The notes below the pieces were generated by a model. It had not been told where the DNA came from and made no database searches. It saw only the letters and a list, made by a program, of their open reading frames with translations. The position numbers were made by a program, and so were the translations under genes. Shown piece by piece: positions 23,273 through 35,849 of a stretch of DNA of 64,000 nucleotides. The DNA comes from Marsupella aquatica (lineage: Eukaryota; Plantae; Marchantiophyta). Within the stretch, counting starts at the first letter, position 1; every line of letters begins with the position of its first letter. Location of the stretch: assembly GCA_973895155.1 (NCBI GenBank), contig OZ316891.1, positions 10,293,875-10,357,874 on the forward strand. The letters run 5' to 3'.

Positions 23273-25523
23273 GAAACAATGAATGACAGTTTAATTAAGG
23301 ATTTGTACGTGCATGGATCAAGAGGTACTTGATGTCATTTAGTGATGCATTGTTATAAAGATCTTGCAACAAAACATTTGAAGTTTTTGACTATCCCACC
23401 AAATGTTAAAGAGGTTGATCATTCATTAACTTATAATATTTAGATAAAATTGGAATTAATCTAATACTTCAGTATTCCTTAAATTGGGGTTTAAGAGATC
23501 ACAACACGCTTTTTAGAAATTAAATATTTCCAGTACTTACTCTATTCTTCGGTAGTGAATGGTGCAGATCTAATGCAATCCCATGGGCAGAAAGACGTCC
23601 TAATGGACGACCATTAAGGAGGGTTGTTGTGAGAGTTGGCAACTGTCCCGAATACAAGAATGCAAAGATCATCTTAGAACTAGTTAGCTTGGTGCTAGCA
23701 TCAGACGTTGGCCATGTGTGAGCCGTCCATCAACAATTTGAGATGTACCTACGGAGACTAGTAGTCACTTTATTCATGTACAACTTCAAGTGCCATTTTA
23801 CACTTAATATCTCTAGTATTGGCTGTTGCGCACAAAGATCAGTTAGTGCAAGGCTGTATTGCAACCAGAGTGTCTAAATCACAAATTTTGTTCCCAATTT
23901 TCCCACCACACGTTCATTTGTATCTTTGGTGCCATTTTGACGATCTGCCTTCTTCTCATAGATTACTTAAATATTTGCCCTCTCAAAAGATTTTACAGTA
24001 CTCCATTTCTAACGATATTAAATCTCTGACTACTGTAGAGCTTAACAACGTAATCAGAGGCCGTGGAAAAGTAGAGGCCACCCAATGGGATCCCGGAGGA
24101 CTTTAGATTCATTCATTCATTCAACAATTAAGTAGTATATATCCAAGAGTTGCGTGTAGTCTAGTCTCCAGACCCAAACAAAGAGACTATCAGTTGAAAT
24201 TGTATAAAACTTTAGAAACGTTTTTGGTACAATTTGCTTCTCTTCATTCTCTCCCATTATTATTTCTCAAACGATCTCATCATGATCATATCTTTGTCTT
24301 TCTTGTTCTGTAGAATGAAAACAATTATACTTAGAAGAGGGGCTCCCTGCGATGCTGTACATGCAAATAACCAAACTTGAAATCATGCTTACATGACAAA
24401 TGAATCATAACAGAGTGAACTGAAATTTTCTATCTCATTCAAGATGGATCGGGAGAACCAAAACTTACGGTGAATGTAGAGATGAATGACACTCGCCGTG
24501 TTAGAAGTAAGTACACCGATATTGGGACATAATCAGAGGCCGTGGAAAAGGAGAGGCCATCTAGGTGATCGAGGCTTGCACTGTTTCTGATCTGGGAAAG
24601 GGTGAGCCCCGGGTCGAAATGGCTTCCCTACATTGGAAGTTTCCCTACAGCTGAATTTTCTTCCTCTATTTTAAGTTTTAATCACTCCTTCAATGATTGA
24701 TTCAATATTTGCAATGTCCTTGAGGAGCCGTTTACTGAGACATGAGTTTTTTTATTTCAATTGTCGACAGACCTTTACAATGGAGGGTCAAGTTGTAGAA
24801 TTGTTTTGGGCTTCTGTTGCTCGGTGAATTGGCAGGTCTGATGAAGAGCTAATGGAGCTGCAAGGTGGATGAATCTGGCAAGCCCATAATTATCCATTCT
24901 TTCCGTACTTGATAAAATATAAACTAAGAGTGTAGCCACTGGTACTCTTTGACAATACTCACTTTCGAAGCCTGCATGTGGGCGTTCAACTCATGGGACC
25001 CAATTCAGCTTAACAAACAAAGAACTTTTGTGCACAATAGTATTATTTATGCTCTACAAGCATGATCGCCACTTTTTACATTACTTTCACTCTGATAAAA
25101 GTATTGTGCACCTGGTGTCTGTGGGATGGAACATCAGATCCCTCAAGGGTGGAGTGTAGGAGCTCAAATCCCATGCGTGGTTCTCTAGGTTAGACTAGAA
25201 CAATGTCATGTTGAAGAAGGACGTCCAGCTGATTAAGCAAGCTAGTAGTACGTGATTGTCTCTAAATCTATTGCATTCTCCCAATGTACATGCACCAGTG
25301 ACCACTCCTGATCGATTCCACAATTGCAAATCTGTCCATAACTTGTGTTGCGCAGTCTCGATAATCTCTGAGACAAGCTCAGGCTGTACCTAAGAGGACA
25401 TTCCATACAAATCTTAGATTAGGGACGGTTCCTAGATTAAATTTTCTCCTATAACCAGAATAGGACAAAGATACAAACACAGTGTGGGTACTAGGTTACC
25501 TGGACGATGACCTGAACGAGTAT

Positions 25524-26723
25524 TTAGTAGTCCCCAGCCCAATCTCTATCTCGGGCATGGCCTCTAGGGCCTATGACTTGTACGTCCATAATTCTTCTTC
25601 GCCTATGGATGAAATTAGTCAACAGTGCAGCAGAGGTGAACATTGTCTTGAATCTAGACCTGTGCAAATCCCACCTTTTTTGTAGGCAATGCCACTTCAT
25701 TTTCAGCCCACCTATGCCCCATTCTACTTGTACTCGGTAACCAGCTTGCATTTTGTTAAATGTCCGCACTGGGCCAGGAGGTAATTGCATCACCCTAATC
25801 TTTGTCCTGCTGTAACCCCGTAGTATAAAATGTTCCATGCCTTTGTACCCCGAATCTCCCAACATATACTCGCAATACTCTGGAGTGTTAACAAACAGAT
25901 CCCTGGAATTAGAATCCAACCAAGAATTCTGGAGAATGGTACAATCGTGGTAGGAACCCGGGTATCCTGGATCAATGAAGATAAACAGCCCTTTATGATC
26001 AACCACCATAGACGAATTCATGTAGTACATTTTTTTTCTCCCTTGGAAATATCTCCTGTGTTGAGGATTTTCGTATCACCTCCTGATCTTCACAAATGTA
26101 CCGTCTACTATCCCTTTACACCCAGGCAGTTGAGGAATCATTTGGCCCAAAGCTCTCCTCTCTTCAGCAGAAGGCCAACTTATCTCACCAGATATTGCCT
26201 CATTCACACAGGTTGCCACGAAAAGAGCATCATCACAAACTGCTGCTCTACACCAGTTCCATCGGCTGGCATCAAAGTTAATAGTGTTGTCATGTTTCAA
26301 ATAAAGGATGAAGCTCATCAATCTTTGCTCAGGAGAAAGCTTACATGGGCAACCAGAAACAGTATGGAGTCTTCCTGTTGATCTTGCAATAGACTGAATG
26401 GTTGGACACACTAAACAACAAAGCTCTTCAAATTCCTGAACTGTAAAATTAGTGATGTCCTTGAACTGCTGGGAATGTTCAATGTGCCTCCCTAACAGGT
26501 CATTCACAGGTAGATTGTGAATGACTGAGCTCTGGTTCTCCCGAGACAGTTCAATTGGCTCAAACGACTCAATTATAGTGAGGTATGCTTTCATGGCTGT
26601 CACCATAAGGAGTATGAGGTCAATCTGCAGGTCAATTGAGGATTCGTCATGATCAGTATTACTGTCGCTACTATTGTCAACCCTATCATAAATTGTGAAA
26701 CCTTCATACCGTCCTTCTTCCAT
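25524..26723 (-). mobile_element. PIF/Harbinger (DDE_Tnp_4, HARBI1-like) transposase with one premature in-frame stop
   Basis: Motifs LSPEQRL..F..YLK (HTH), WPSAEER, GIVDGT, YPGSYHD, LGDSGY, FNKMQAGYRVQVEWGIGGLKMKW and AALLTNF. The two ORF-track pieces are in the same frame, separated by TGA at 26076-26078. Confidence 0.92.
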
Positions 26724-26762
26724 GGAGACCTTCAGTGTGCCACGCTTCCCTCAAAGCCACTG

Positions 26763-26764
<2 letters not shown>

Positions 26765-26818
<54 letters not shown>
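26765..26818. repeat. (GA)n microsatellite
   Basis: Perfect dinucleotide run just upstream of the transposase start. Confidence 0.98.
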
Positions 26819-26821
<3 letters not shown>

Positions 26822-28254
26822 CTTAGATTTATGATTGTATAATGACAACTCAACAAAGTTACTGTTTCAGTGCATTGCATTGGAAGAAGAAACTCAGAGG
26901 AAATAAGGTAGTAGGTAGAAGTAGCCGCAAATGATGAAGTGTTAGCCGCGAGCAAACTTCATCTTTGTCTTCAAGCAAACCAAGATTGCACCCTGATAGA
27001 GAAACATTCTTTGGCAAAGCAAGGTGGAGGGGATCGATAGAGCACAAGATCCATTACCGTTTATCAATTCATAAGCTTTTGAGAGAAATTACCCCTTACC
27101 TCCCAGTTTTCAGCTAAGCAAGATTCAGGGAGACAAAATTATTTGTCATTTCTTACTACAAAGACGAATAGTGCATTTTGTTTTTACTCTGTTTCCATGA
27201 ATATTTTGCCTCGATATAAGCAGTTGCACTAGGCTAACTATCGTATCCACTCTGCTCGCTAATATTTTGCCTCAGCACAAGCACTTCCACTAGGCAGAGC
27301 AAGCTGGTGACACAGTCAAACAGCAGAGGGCTAGCACTCAACTAGCAGGCTGCACGTACTTGGAGCTTTACAAGGTGAAGGAAAGAAATTCACCTTAACC
27401 AGACGCAAAGGCTGTTTTAGACATCCGTGGAGCTTGCTTGGCGTCTCAGAGCAAACCTTCCTCCGAGTCATACATCTCCGTTTGGATTTGTGATTGAGCA
27501 AGTGGATGCATATAACAATCGTGGACTTGTGAGGGCACACTGGCTGCAGATTTTAACTGATATAACTTTACTCTAACTCACACTTACAAAACTAGTATGC
27601 GGCTCTAATGGGCCCCAATGCAGATCTGCACTTCAGAGGCAATGACCCCAAGTCATCCCCAACTTGCTCTTGCTATGGACGGGGCTGTGGAGAACCGCGC
27701 ATGTCTGCCGCTCTTCTCCAATAAACCAAATGCAAAGAACTGAAATCGCACAAATAAAAAATCTCTCGTATAGAGCTCCTTGACAATCCCATTCCCAGGC
27801 AGCTTTAGCAACCCCGCAGCTGGAAATCAGGCACACTGAATTGCGTGTGGCTCCCACCGCATTCCAACTGAATGTCTCAATCAAGCGCACACACTCCTAG
27901 CAAGCAATCAAAACAGAAAGCTAACCCGCACACCAGTAATTAACCTGGGAAATTGAGCAAGCGAATGCCAAGCATTCAGAAAATGTGGTGCTCGTCCTTG
28001 CAGTTTTACTGGGTGATCACCTCGCACAAATGTGCTTGCCCTCGCAGAATAGTGTGAGCGGTGCCGTTTTGATGTGCATATTTTGATATGATCCTTTCGT
28101 ACCCCCCTTGACACTGTAACCATGACGGTGATCAATGTAACCAAAGGTTAGTCTAAAGCTGCAGCATGATGACACCTGTCTGCCAAAATTTGACTCTAGT
28201 AAGATTTGAGTTTAACTCAACCACTTTGTTAAAGATGAGTGACTTTATGGATAT

Positions 28255-28560
28255 CCCAAACTCAACCATGGTTTCTTGCTAACCAAGTTTGAAAGATGTT
28301 TGACTTTAAAGATATCTCTATTGAAACAACATCTTTTTACAAATGACTTTTTTGTACAATGTCATCTTTCCCACAAACATGTTTTAGACAATGACATGTT
28401 TTGCGCAACATCTTTTTTGCTACATCATCTTTCCACAAAAGATATCTTTCGCACAACAACATATCTTCTACAAGGCCATCTTTTGTGCAACAACTTCTTT
28501 TTTGGAAACAAAATCTTTTCCGCATTGACAACTTTTGCATAACCATATCTTTTGTGCAAC
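28255..28560. repeat. Terminal motif plus short-repeat array related to 16480-16735
   Basis: cccaaactcaaccatggtt..actttaaagatatctcta, followed by repeated cacaaNNacatcttt units. Confidence 0.45.
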
Positions 28561-29710
28561 ACAGGTATTGAGCTAGTAGTATAATATTAAAATGTAACCA
28601 GCAAGAGTACTCTATTAACAAAGTTTAAGAAGAGACCTACCTTAACTAGGGAGTGGATCTTCTTCACACATGGGGAAGGTACTGAGGGAAACAAGAGAAG
28701 ACAGGGGGGAGGAAACGAAAGGATCTAAGAAAACAAGAGAAGACAGGGGTAAGGAAAGGGTCTAAGAAATCAAGGGGGGTGAGTGGGGGGGGGGGGGGGG
28801 AGAAAATGAGTCTTGGGGGCTGGTTGGAGGCAAATGTGTGTCTTGGAAGATAATTTTCTGACTAGCACCTCGAGCTGCCTCCCATATCTCAATGTACCTC
28901 ACTCTCGCTCTCCCTAACTCCCCCTACCCATTAGTGTGTTCCAAACCCTATTTCTGCTTTCTTCATCATTCAACAACGCAGCTTTTGTGTACATAACCAA
29001 ATTGAACATTTCCACATAAACACTAATACTTTTTTGCAACAACCCATTTTTTGTGATGACAACATTTCTCAAAATTCCAACACTTCAACAATGACAACAT
29101 GATTGCAACAATGGCTGGGCAACACATGGACATTGGGCTACGCAATGTAAAACACAAGTAAAAATAAGAGAACAAGTTACAATGAAAATGAGCAAACAAA
29201 AAACAATTTAAGTAAAATGCAAGACATGTTTTACTAAATTACTTGGGGGTCTCACTATATGGATGCCTCCCCACCACCTGTGACGTTTTTAGGCCTCGGA
29301 CCCCCTAAAATATAAGATTAAAAAAATATTCAACCCCTATAAATTCAAAATATTCTTGGAATATTCTAAATTTTGGTTAGAAAGACACTAATGTTCTTAT
29401 AAGTCTCAAAATTGGATTTAAAAGACACTAATGTTCTTCTGAGAAAATTCTTAAGCCTTCCCTTCAAACTAATAAAATGACCCTATCTTTTGTTGCATTT
29501 GATGTGCCATTTTTGTGTAAGTGAAACCCCCGAGCTAAATTATTTATTAGATAAATTTTTCATGAATTTTCATGATTATTGCTAAACAAATTATGAACCA
29601 CAAATTGAACTTTTTGGGGTTTTATCTACATTGTATCAATGATTTGGTTTCAAAGTCAATTTTTACAGATCCCCATGCAAATTTCTTCCCAAAATCCCTA
29701 ATGTCATGTG

Positions 29711-29969
29711 TGTTAGAATTTGCTCTTAGGTCTAGAGTTACAAGTCTTGTAACACAGTTTGGGCTAACCTTAGTCATAGGCTAGGTTAGGTTAGTCATGC
29801 TGTGCACACACTATACCCAAACGATGTTTGCTTGGATAGTGGAACTTAGGCTCATTGTTACTGAGCTAGTTGAGAGATAGGGAGAGCTTGTACTGTGAAT
29901 GCTTGGTATGGTTAGTCGGCCTAGAGTGCAATAAATCTCTTGTGTGTTCCCGTGGACATAGCTCCTCAT
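29711..29969 (+). mobile_element. Truncated Copia-type solo LTR (same family as 2605 and 53620)
   Basis: TGTTAGAATT start; aligns with 2605-2806 plus 5347-5395; the 3' end is missing. Confidence 0.8.
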
Positions 29970-29984
29970 CGGGCTCCTCATGTG

Positions 29985-31130
29985 AGTGGTGGACCTCCCA
30001 CCACATGCCCATTCAAACTCATTTCTTAGCCTTGAAACAAGTCAAACCTTGCACTAACACCAAACGTTGGGGCAAGTTCCCTTCAACTATACTCCTTGTT
30101 GTTAGCGATCACTCGATCCCATACAAAGTTGCACTTACCCTCGTTAGCACGACCATCGCTCAACAGTCTTTACTATCTGCACAAGCAACCAACCAACCAA
30201 TAAGTAACCCGTCTTGATCTTGGAAATCCCCAAACCATTGTCTTGCATCAAACTCAATAGTTGTTAGTAAGTAGGTCAACGGATAAAGCCTCCCAGGCCT
30301 GCATGGCCTTGCCATAAGCTGAAGCTAAGGTTGACATCGCTATTTGTCCAGAATAGTCTATCTATCGAATGTCGCCCAAGCTTCCCCACTTTCTATCCGT
30401 CAATGGCTGACCGCCCTGCCTCCAGGACATGCCCATGTTCCAAACTCAATTTGTCACAAACTAGTAGTAACACGCCAAGATCATTCAATTTCTAGTTCTT
30501 AGCCACCTCCCGACGGAACCGGGTTCCGCTCAAATTGTCACCATGCATTGGGACAAGATCTCAACAACAGCCCCCAAACTCTACTTGGTTCTACCTTCCC
30601 AACATCAGGTCGATCCTCGTGGCAACCATATGCGGTGTGGTCACTGTTTGCCTTAAGATCGATAAGATGAATTCCCCCCATTGCAAGCCTCAAAACCAAA
30701 ACCATCTAATGCACAATGAGAGAGCATCATGAGGTAGCTTTCTTCATTAGTTTTCCAAAGAGTCCAAGCACTCCCCCAATAGAGATCCGGTCGTCGAGTT
30801 ATGCATGTTAATTTTTGCTCTAAAAATCAAAATGATGTATCTTCGTCGATCACGATTAGCTCAAGCTCAAACTCAAGAGGACCACTCTCCTCATATGTGC
30901 TTCTGGGGACCTACTACCACCGGTCCAGCTTTGGTCCCCTATCTTTGGCCCTCTACCCGAGGGTCCGTAGACCTTGCCACTTAGCTCAAAACGAAGATAA
31001 TCAAAAATCCTCCGCAACTTGGCCTTAAGCACAAATTATGGCATAAAGGGCTAGAAGTTACGGCCTAACACCCTGCTCTGGTGTAGGCAACCCCTTGGTC
31101 CAAGCAATCCCCCCTCGGTCCAAGCGTGTC
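29985..31130 (+). repeat. Copy 1 of a ~1.5-kb dispersed non-coding repeat
   Basis: Shares blocks with 37990-38970, e.g. cccatacaaa..gcactt..tcgctcaac.gtc..actRtctgcacaa.caaccaa, gtaagtaggtcaac, gcatggccttgccataa and cactcYcctcatatRtgcttctgg. Confidence 0.7.
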
Positions 31131-31164
31131 TCTTGAAACATGGCAACTCTAGTCGAGTCTAAAT

Positions 31165-31465
31165 CGGCCATAATTTTGGCCCCTAGGTCCATTGGGCGAG
31201 AAATATACAGCCCCATGATTGGGCTCATGTGAAGCTTCTTGGGCCCCTATGGTGATCCATTGGAAAATAATTCATTTTTCCATGATCGACGACGAGCCCA
31301 AACTACAAGCATGCGGTTTGAGTCGGCCATAACTTTTGGCCCCTGGGTTCATTGGTCGAGAAATATGCGGCCCCATGATTGGGCTCATGAGGGGATTCTT
31401 GGGCCCCTATGGTGATCCATTGGAAAAATATATCATTTTTCCATGATCGGTAACGGGCCCAAAAG
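31165..31465. repeat. ~155-bp tandem duplication
   Basis: tcggccataa..ttttggcccct..gagaaatat..gccccatgattgggctcatg..ttcttgggcccctatggtgatccattggaaaa..tcatttttccatgatcg occurs twice. Confidence 0.85.
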
Positions 31466-32118
31466 TCGCGAAAATCGACTACCTTAACACTTAGCTTCGG
31501 CGTCGGTGACTTTGACACCAAGCTTCCCTATGGCCCAAGCCTAGAACAGCCATCCGAGGAGGACTTAGCATGGGGAGAATTGTGGACAATGGGTGTGGCA
31601 TAGACGAAGGAAAGGCGCTAAGCCGGTGACACACACTAGGACTTAGGCTAGTTGAGGGCTAGTTGGGTCACGGGCTAGGCTCAAGGTTGACCATCCAGAC
31701 CCCCCGACAAACTTTGAGTTCTGAGGGCTTGAGTGAGAGCTTGTGATGCCTAGCCAGGAATCACTAGGCCAATTAAGTGGGGAAAACGGAGGTGTACCCT
31801 ATAAACACATTAGTATAGTAACAAAAACAAGGAAAATATAAACAATTAAGGGTGACTATGGAACCCAGGCCGAGGCCGGAGGTAAGGATGCCGGGGGAGA
31901 GAACACAATTAGGGTTAGGGCGCGCTAAGCATTGGCGACTAGGGGTAACCAACGGGAGGAAAGACCAGAGGAGGAGAGGGGTAAGGACCGCTCGCAAGGA
32001 ATGGTGGCTCATTTGCAAGCACGAACTGGGCAGATGACTACGGAAGGCCAACTACTGTCAGCTACTTAGGCAAGCACTCTGGGCGGGAGCAAATACCAAC
32101 GATCGACTCAAGGAGGGT

Positions 32119-32622
32119 ATGAGCAACGTCAATCAAGCGGCACATTTTTGGGGATGCCTGTTTGAACGGGAAAATGAGTACATTAGGACTTACGAGGACA
32201 AAGAATCAGAGAGAGCAGCTCGAGAATGGCAGGAGCTTGCTCAACTGTGGGAGCTGCAAAAGTCTGCCTTCTTAGGAGGAGAACTCATCAAGGCCGAGTT
32301 CTTGTGGACTCCTACTGCCAATCAGCTTGATGACCTTCTGTTTTGCGAAGACAGAATCGTCGGCATTCGGGAAGCCATCAACCGCTGCAACGATGCGCAT
32401 TGGGAGTTGAAGGGTAGCACGGAGGGGTGGACGAAGGCAACTGTGCTAGGAGAAATATCCACAACAGCTAAGATGAAGAGGAAAGGAAACAACAATGGCC
32501 ACCCCGGCAAAAAGAATGAGGTCGGCAGCACCAAGGAAGCCAGCAGAGCAGCAGAACAGGAGGCAGGGAGAAGCCAAAGAGGAGGAGGTCAATCCCATCA
32601 ATGCCATTCCAACAAAGGATGA
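32119..32622 (+). CDS. Upstream ORF of the 5-kb element, 167 aa, unknown function
   Basis: ATG-initiated, helical and Trp-rich; its 3' end overlaps the start of the long ORF. Confidence 0.4.
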   Translation: MSNVNQAAHFWGCLFERENEYIRTYEDKESERAAREWQELAQLWELQKSAFLGGELIKAEFLWTPTANQLDDLLFCEDRIVGIREAINRCNDAHWELKGSTEGWTKATVLGEISTTAKMKRKGNNNGHPGKKNEVGSTKEASRAAEQEAGRSQRGGGQSHQCHSNKG

Positions 32623-35600
32623 CACCTGGAAAGGCTGGGCGGCGACCCTACCAGAGGAAGTGCAATTATATTTTGCACGGGAGGAGGATGCATGCTTTAC
32701 GGCCATGCAGACCAAGAAGTACCAGGGCTTCATAGCCGGATCTGGCTTGGAAGCCTTCGTAAGATTACCGTGGCTGAAGCCGGAGGTGCCGGACTCAGAC
32801 TTATTAGAATTCGTGGGATCATGGGAACCCAAGACCAACGCCACGAGGGTGTATGGGAAGGATTTCTATCTCACTCCTTGGGTGATTGCCGAGGTGTTTG
32901 GCTTGCCGATGGGTAATAAGACCAAGGTTGATACCAGGAAGACCTTACCTGACAAGGAGTTCCGGTCGTTCCCAGGACCATCAACAAAGAATGGCTTCTT
33001 CCGGAACACCTACACCAACCCGCACATCGGAGAGATGATCAATTTCTTGCGGGTGACCATGCATTGTAACTTGCCGAGGGCAGAGATCGGCAAGGCTCAA
33101 GTCTACCTGGCAGAAAGGCCAGACCCAATCCGGGATTACAACGGGTACCTCCTCAACCAACTGAAGAAGATCTTGAAGGAGGAACAGCAGGTGATCCGCG
33201 TGGGAAGCGTGTCCCGGCTTGGGTATCACATGCTGTTGTTGTGCCGGTATGCTAGAAGTCAAATCTTTGCCCCAGTACTTCCCCTATCGGCAAGGGCACC
33301 GGAGGAGGTTCCAGAGCAGAGGCCGGAAACAGAAGAGCCCAACCAGCCTGCCAGTCCTACGATCGAGTAGGTGTTTTGGCCAAGGAAAGAAGACTTGCCG
33401 ATGCAGCAATCAGGCATGCAGAATCTGCTGAAAATTGTTGGAGAAGGAGAGAACGGCACCGGCAATGGCAATGGCACTGGTACAGGATACTACCCCAGAG
33501 GCCGGCCTAAGCCGACTCAAGAGGGAAAACCCCTTTACCGGAGCCAAGGAGAGAAGGAGGCCGGAACACAAGCCGGGAGTTCGAATGTATGTGGGAGCCT
33601 CAAGCCCCGAATCGGAGGCAGAGCAGCCTAAGGCTCCTTCCCGCAGAAAGCAGAGGGAGATGACAACCTGGAAACCAGAGGAGGAACCAGAGCCCGTGAT
33701 CTATGAGGCCGTTTTCACGACAGGACCAGGGGAACAGAGGGGGAAGCCAGGAGTCCAAGCAGTGGAGGAGGCGGTGGAGGACTACAGCAATGATAACTCC
33801 GGCTATGGGTCGGATCATCATGTTCCAGGAGTATGGACCTGTGGCCGGTTTATCCCCACGCTTCCAATAGTAGTTCGAGGGGACCTCACCCAGCAGAGTA
33901 GCCCTGAGTCCCCCCCACCAGAGGTTGCTCCCCCGAGCTTTGACGGCATAAAGCAGACGGCACAAGAGTTTCAGGAGCGACTTAGGGAGGAAGAAAAAGC
34001 AGCCCTGGCTAGGGAGAAAGATTTACCAGGAGATAAGTGGCCGGAGGACATCAGGTGGCTTGCCGAAAAAAGAAGAAACCCTCTTGCCACCATAGAAGAA
34101 ATCCGCAAGGCGGCTAGGGAACAGAGGCCGTGGTGGTTAATGCCGATGACTTCTACTTACTCCACCTATGCTAAAGATAGAGCCATGGAGTACGGGGAGA
34201 TGTGTGGGGATCTTGTGCTCAGCATCTTTGGGGAAGAGTTGGAGCAGGGCTCGGGGGGTTCACCTTATGAAATTGTTGTATACCATGTGCGAACGCCCCT
34301 ATTTAATCACTCTCTCAAAAAGGAATAGGAAGCTCAAAAAACCCATCAATCATTTATTGACACGTGGCAAGCAATGAATCATGTGATGACAAGTGGCACT
34401 TTTTGAATTGTTACCCCCTTACTTACTTCCTTGCTACTTCTAAGTACTTCCCTAAAATGAATAAAACGCCCCTTACTTCGTTCGCACATGATGTCAACAT
34501 TTGTGGAAGTGACCCCCCCGAGGAGCAGGGACCCTTTTTTCAGAGGGAGATGTTGGAGAAGCACCGATTAGAAGAAGCGGTGGCTTTGGAGAGAAGCAAG
34601 AAGGACGAGGTCATCCGACGGCTTAGGGAGATGGAAGCCGAGGTGGAAGACCTGCAGGCGGCCAAGAAAGCCCAAGATGAGCTGCGGATTAAGCGGCATG
34701 AGCTAAACATCATGCAAGGACAATTGGATGCCGCTCAGTCTGGCAATCAAATTATCAAAGATAAACTGACTCGGACCCAAGGAGAGTTGGCCGGCGCAGT
34801 CAAGGACAGGGAGAAGTGGAAGCAAGAGTTGAGGGACGTAGAGGAGGCCCACATAACCGCCAACAACCGGGCCATGGTGGAGACTCAGAGAAGGGAGAGG
34901 GCGTTGAAAGGAGAGCTCGAGGATATCCACGGAGCCCTTGAGCAAAAGGAGGCCGAGTTAGGGAAATCCTATCAAGCGATTATTGCGCTGCAGCAGGAGC
35001 TTGCGTCCTTGACGGCCAGCTTCAAGGCTGACCTACGTGAGAAGGACAACCAGCTCGACCAGACTTATGCCAAGATGAATAAGATGGAGTCTGAGGTTGT
35101 AACGGAGCTCGACAAGGAGCTAAGAGCAACCCAGGAGGAGAGGGCTACCTTAAAATTGGAATTGGAGGAAGCCAGAAAAGAGCTGCAGGAGGGACAGAAG
35201 GACCTGGAGGAAGCCTAGGAGGAGTTGGAGGAAACCACCAGGAAGATGGAGAACTTACAACGGCGGGCCGACAACCAAACGGAGCGGCTGACGAAACAGG
35301 CTGCAGTATTTAAGTGCTTAGCTTCATCTAGTCCAATTCCAATTGTGGGAACTCCGTTACCAGGAGGGGTACTGGTCGAAGGACAAGCCGAGACACACGC
35401 CCCGGTGCCGGAGGTAGGTAGCAAAGGGAAGGGACCAGCTACCGAAACACCCGCCGAAACAGGGAAGAAGAAGAAGCGGAAACCTTCTGGGTCTGGGAGT
35501 TATACGGCTTACCAAGCCGTTGTGACCCAGGAGGTCAACCCGGCACCAACCTCCGGCATGATCACGACAGAAGATCCACCTGTTGAAGAAGGTGGGGATG

Positions 35601-35849
35601 GCAGGGCCGAGGCCGGGACAGCTATTGATGAAGCCAAGGTACCGGATCTTCCACTAGAACATGCCGGGAGGCCGAAGCCGTATCGAAGGCCATGACCGAT
35701 GCTAAGGCCGAAGCCGAGGGTGGACCTAGTCAAGCCGATGAAGAGTTGACTCGGTCCGGGGCAGGTAATCTGTCAGAGGACGGACCGACGGCAGTGGCTG
35801 CGGGGGAAACATTGGGGGCGTCCATTGAGGATCCGCCACCGGTGTCATG
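32495..35849 (+). pseudogene. Disrupted ~1000-codon ORF: plant-mobile-domain/Athila-ORF-like N-terminus, low-complexity linker, long coiled coil and NLS
   Basis: LLEFVGSWEPKTNATRVYGKDFYLTPWVIAEVFGLPMG resembles the PMD/Transposase_32 core (W.P.T..F....IT...V..LGLP..G). The C-terminal part is heptad-rich in E/K/L/A and includes KKKKRK. Broken by TAG 33368, a frameshift at ~33434, the MITE at 34250, TAG 35216 and a late frameshift. Confidence 0.7.
34250..34522. mobile_element. 273-bp MITE with 8-bp TSD
   Basis: TIRs CTCGGGGGGTTCAC / GTGACCCCCCCGAG; TSD GAGCAGGG at 34242-34249 and 34523-34530. Absent from the paralog at ~20505 (ELEVGPFF). Confidence 0.93.
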
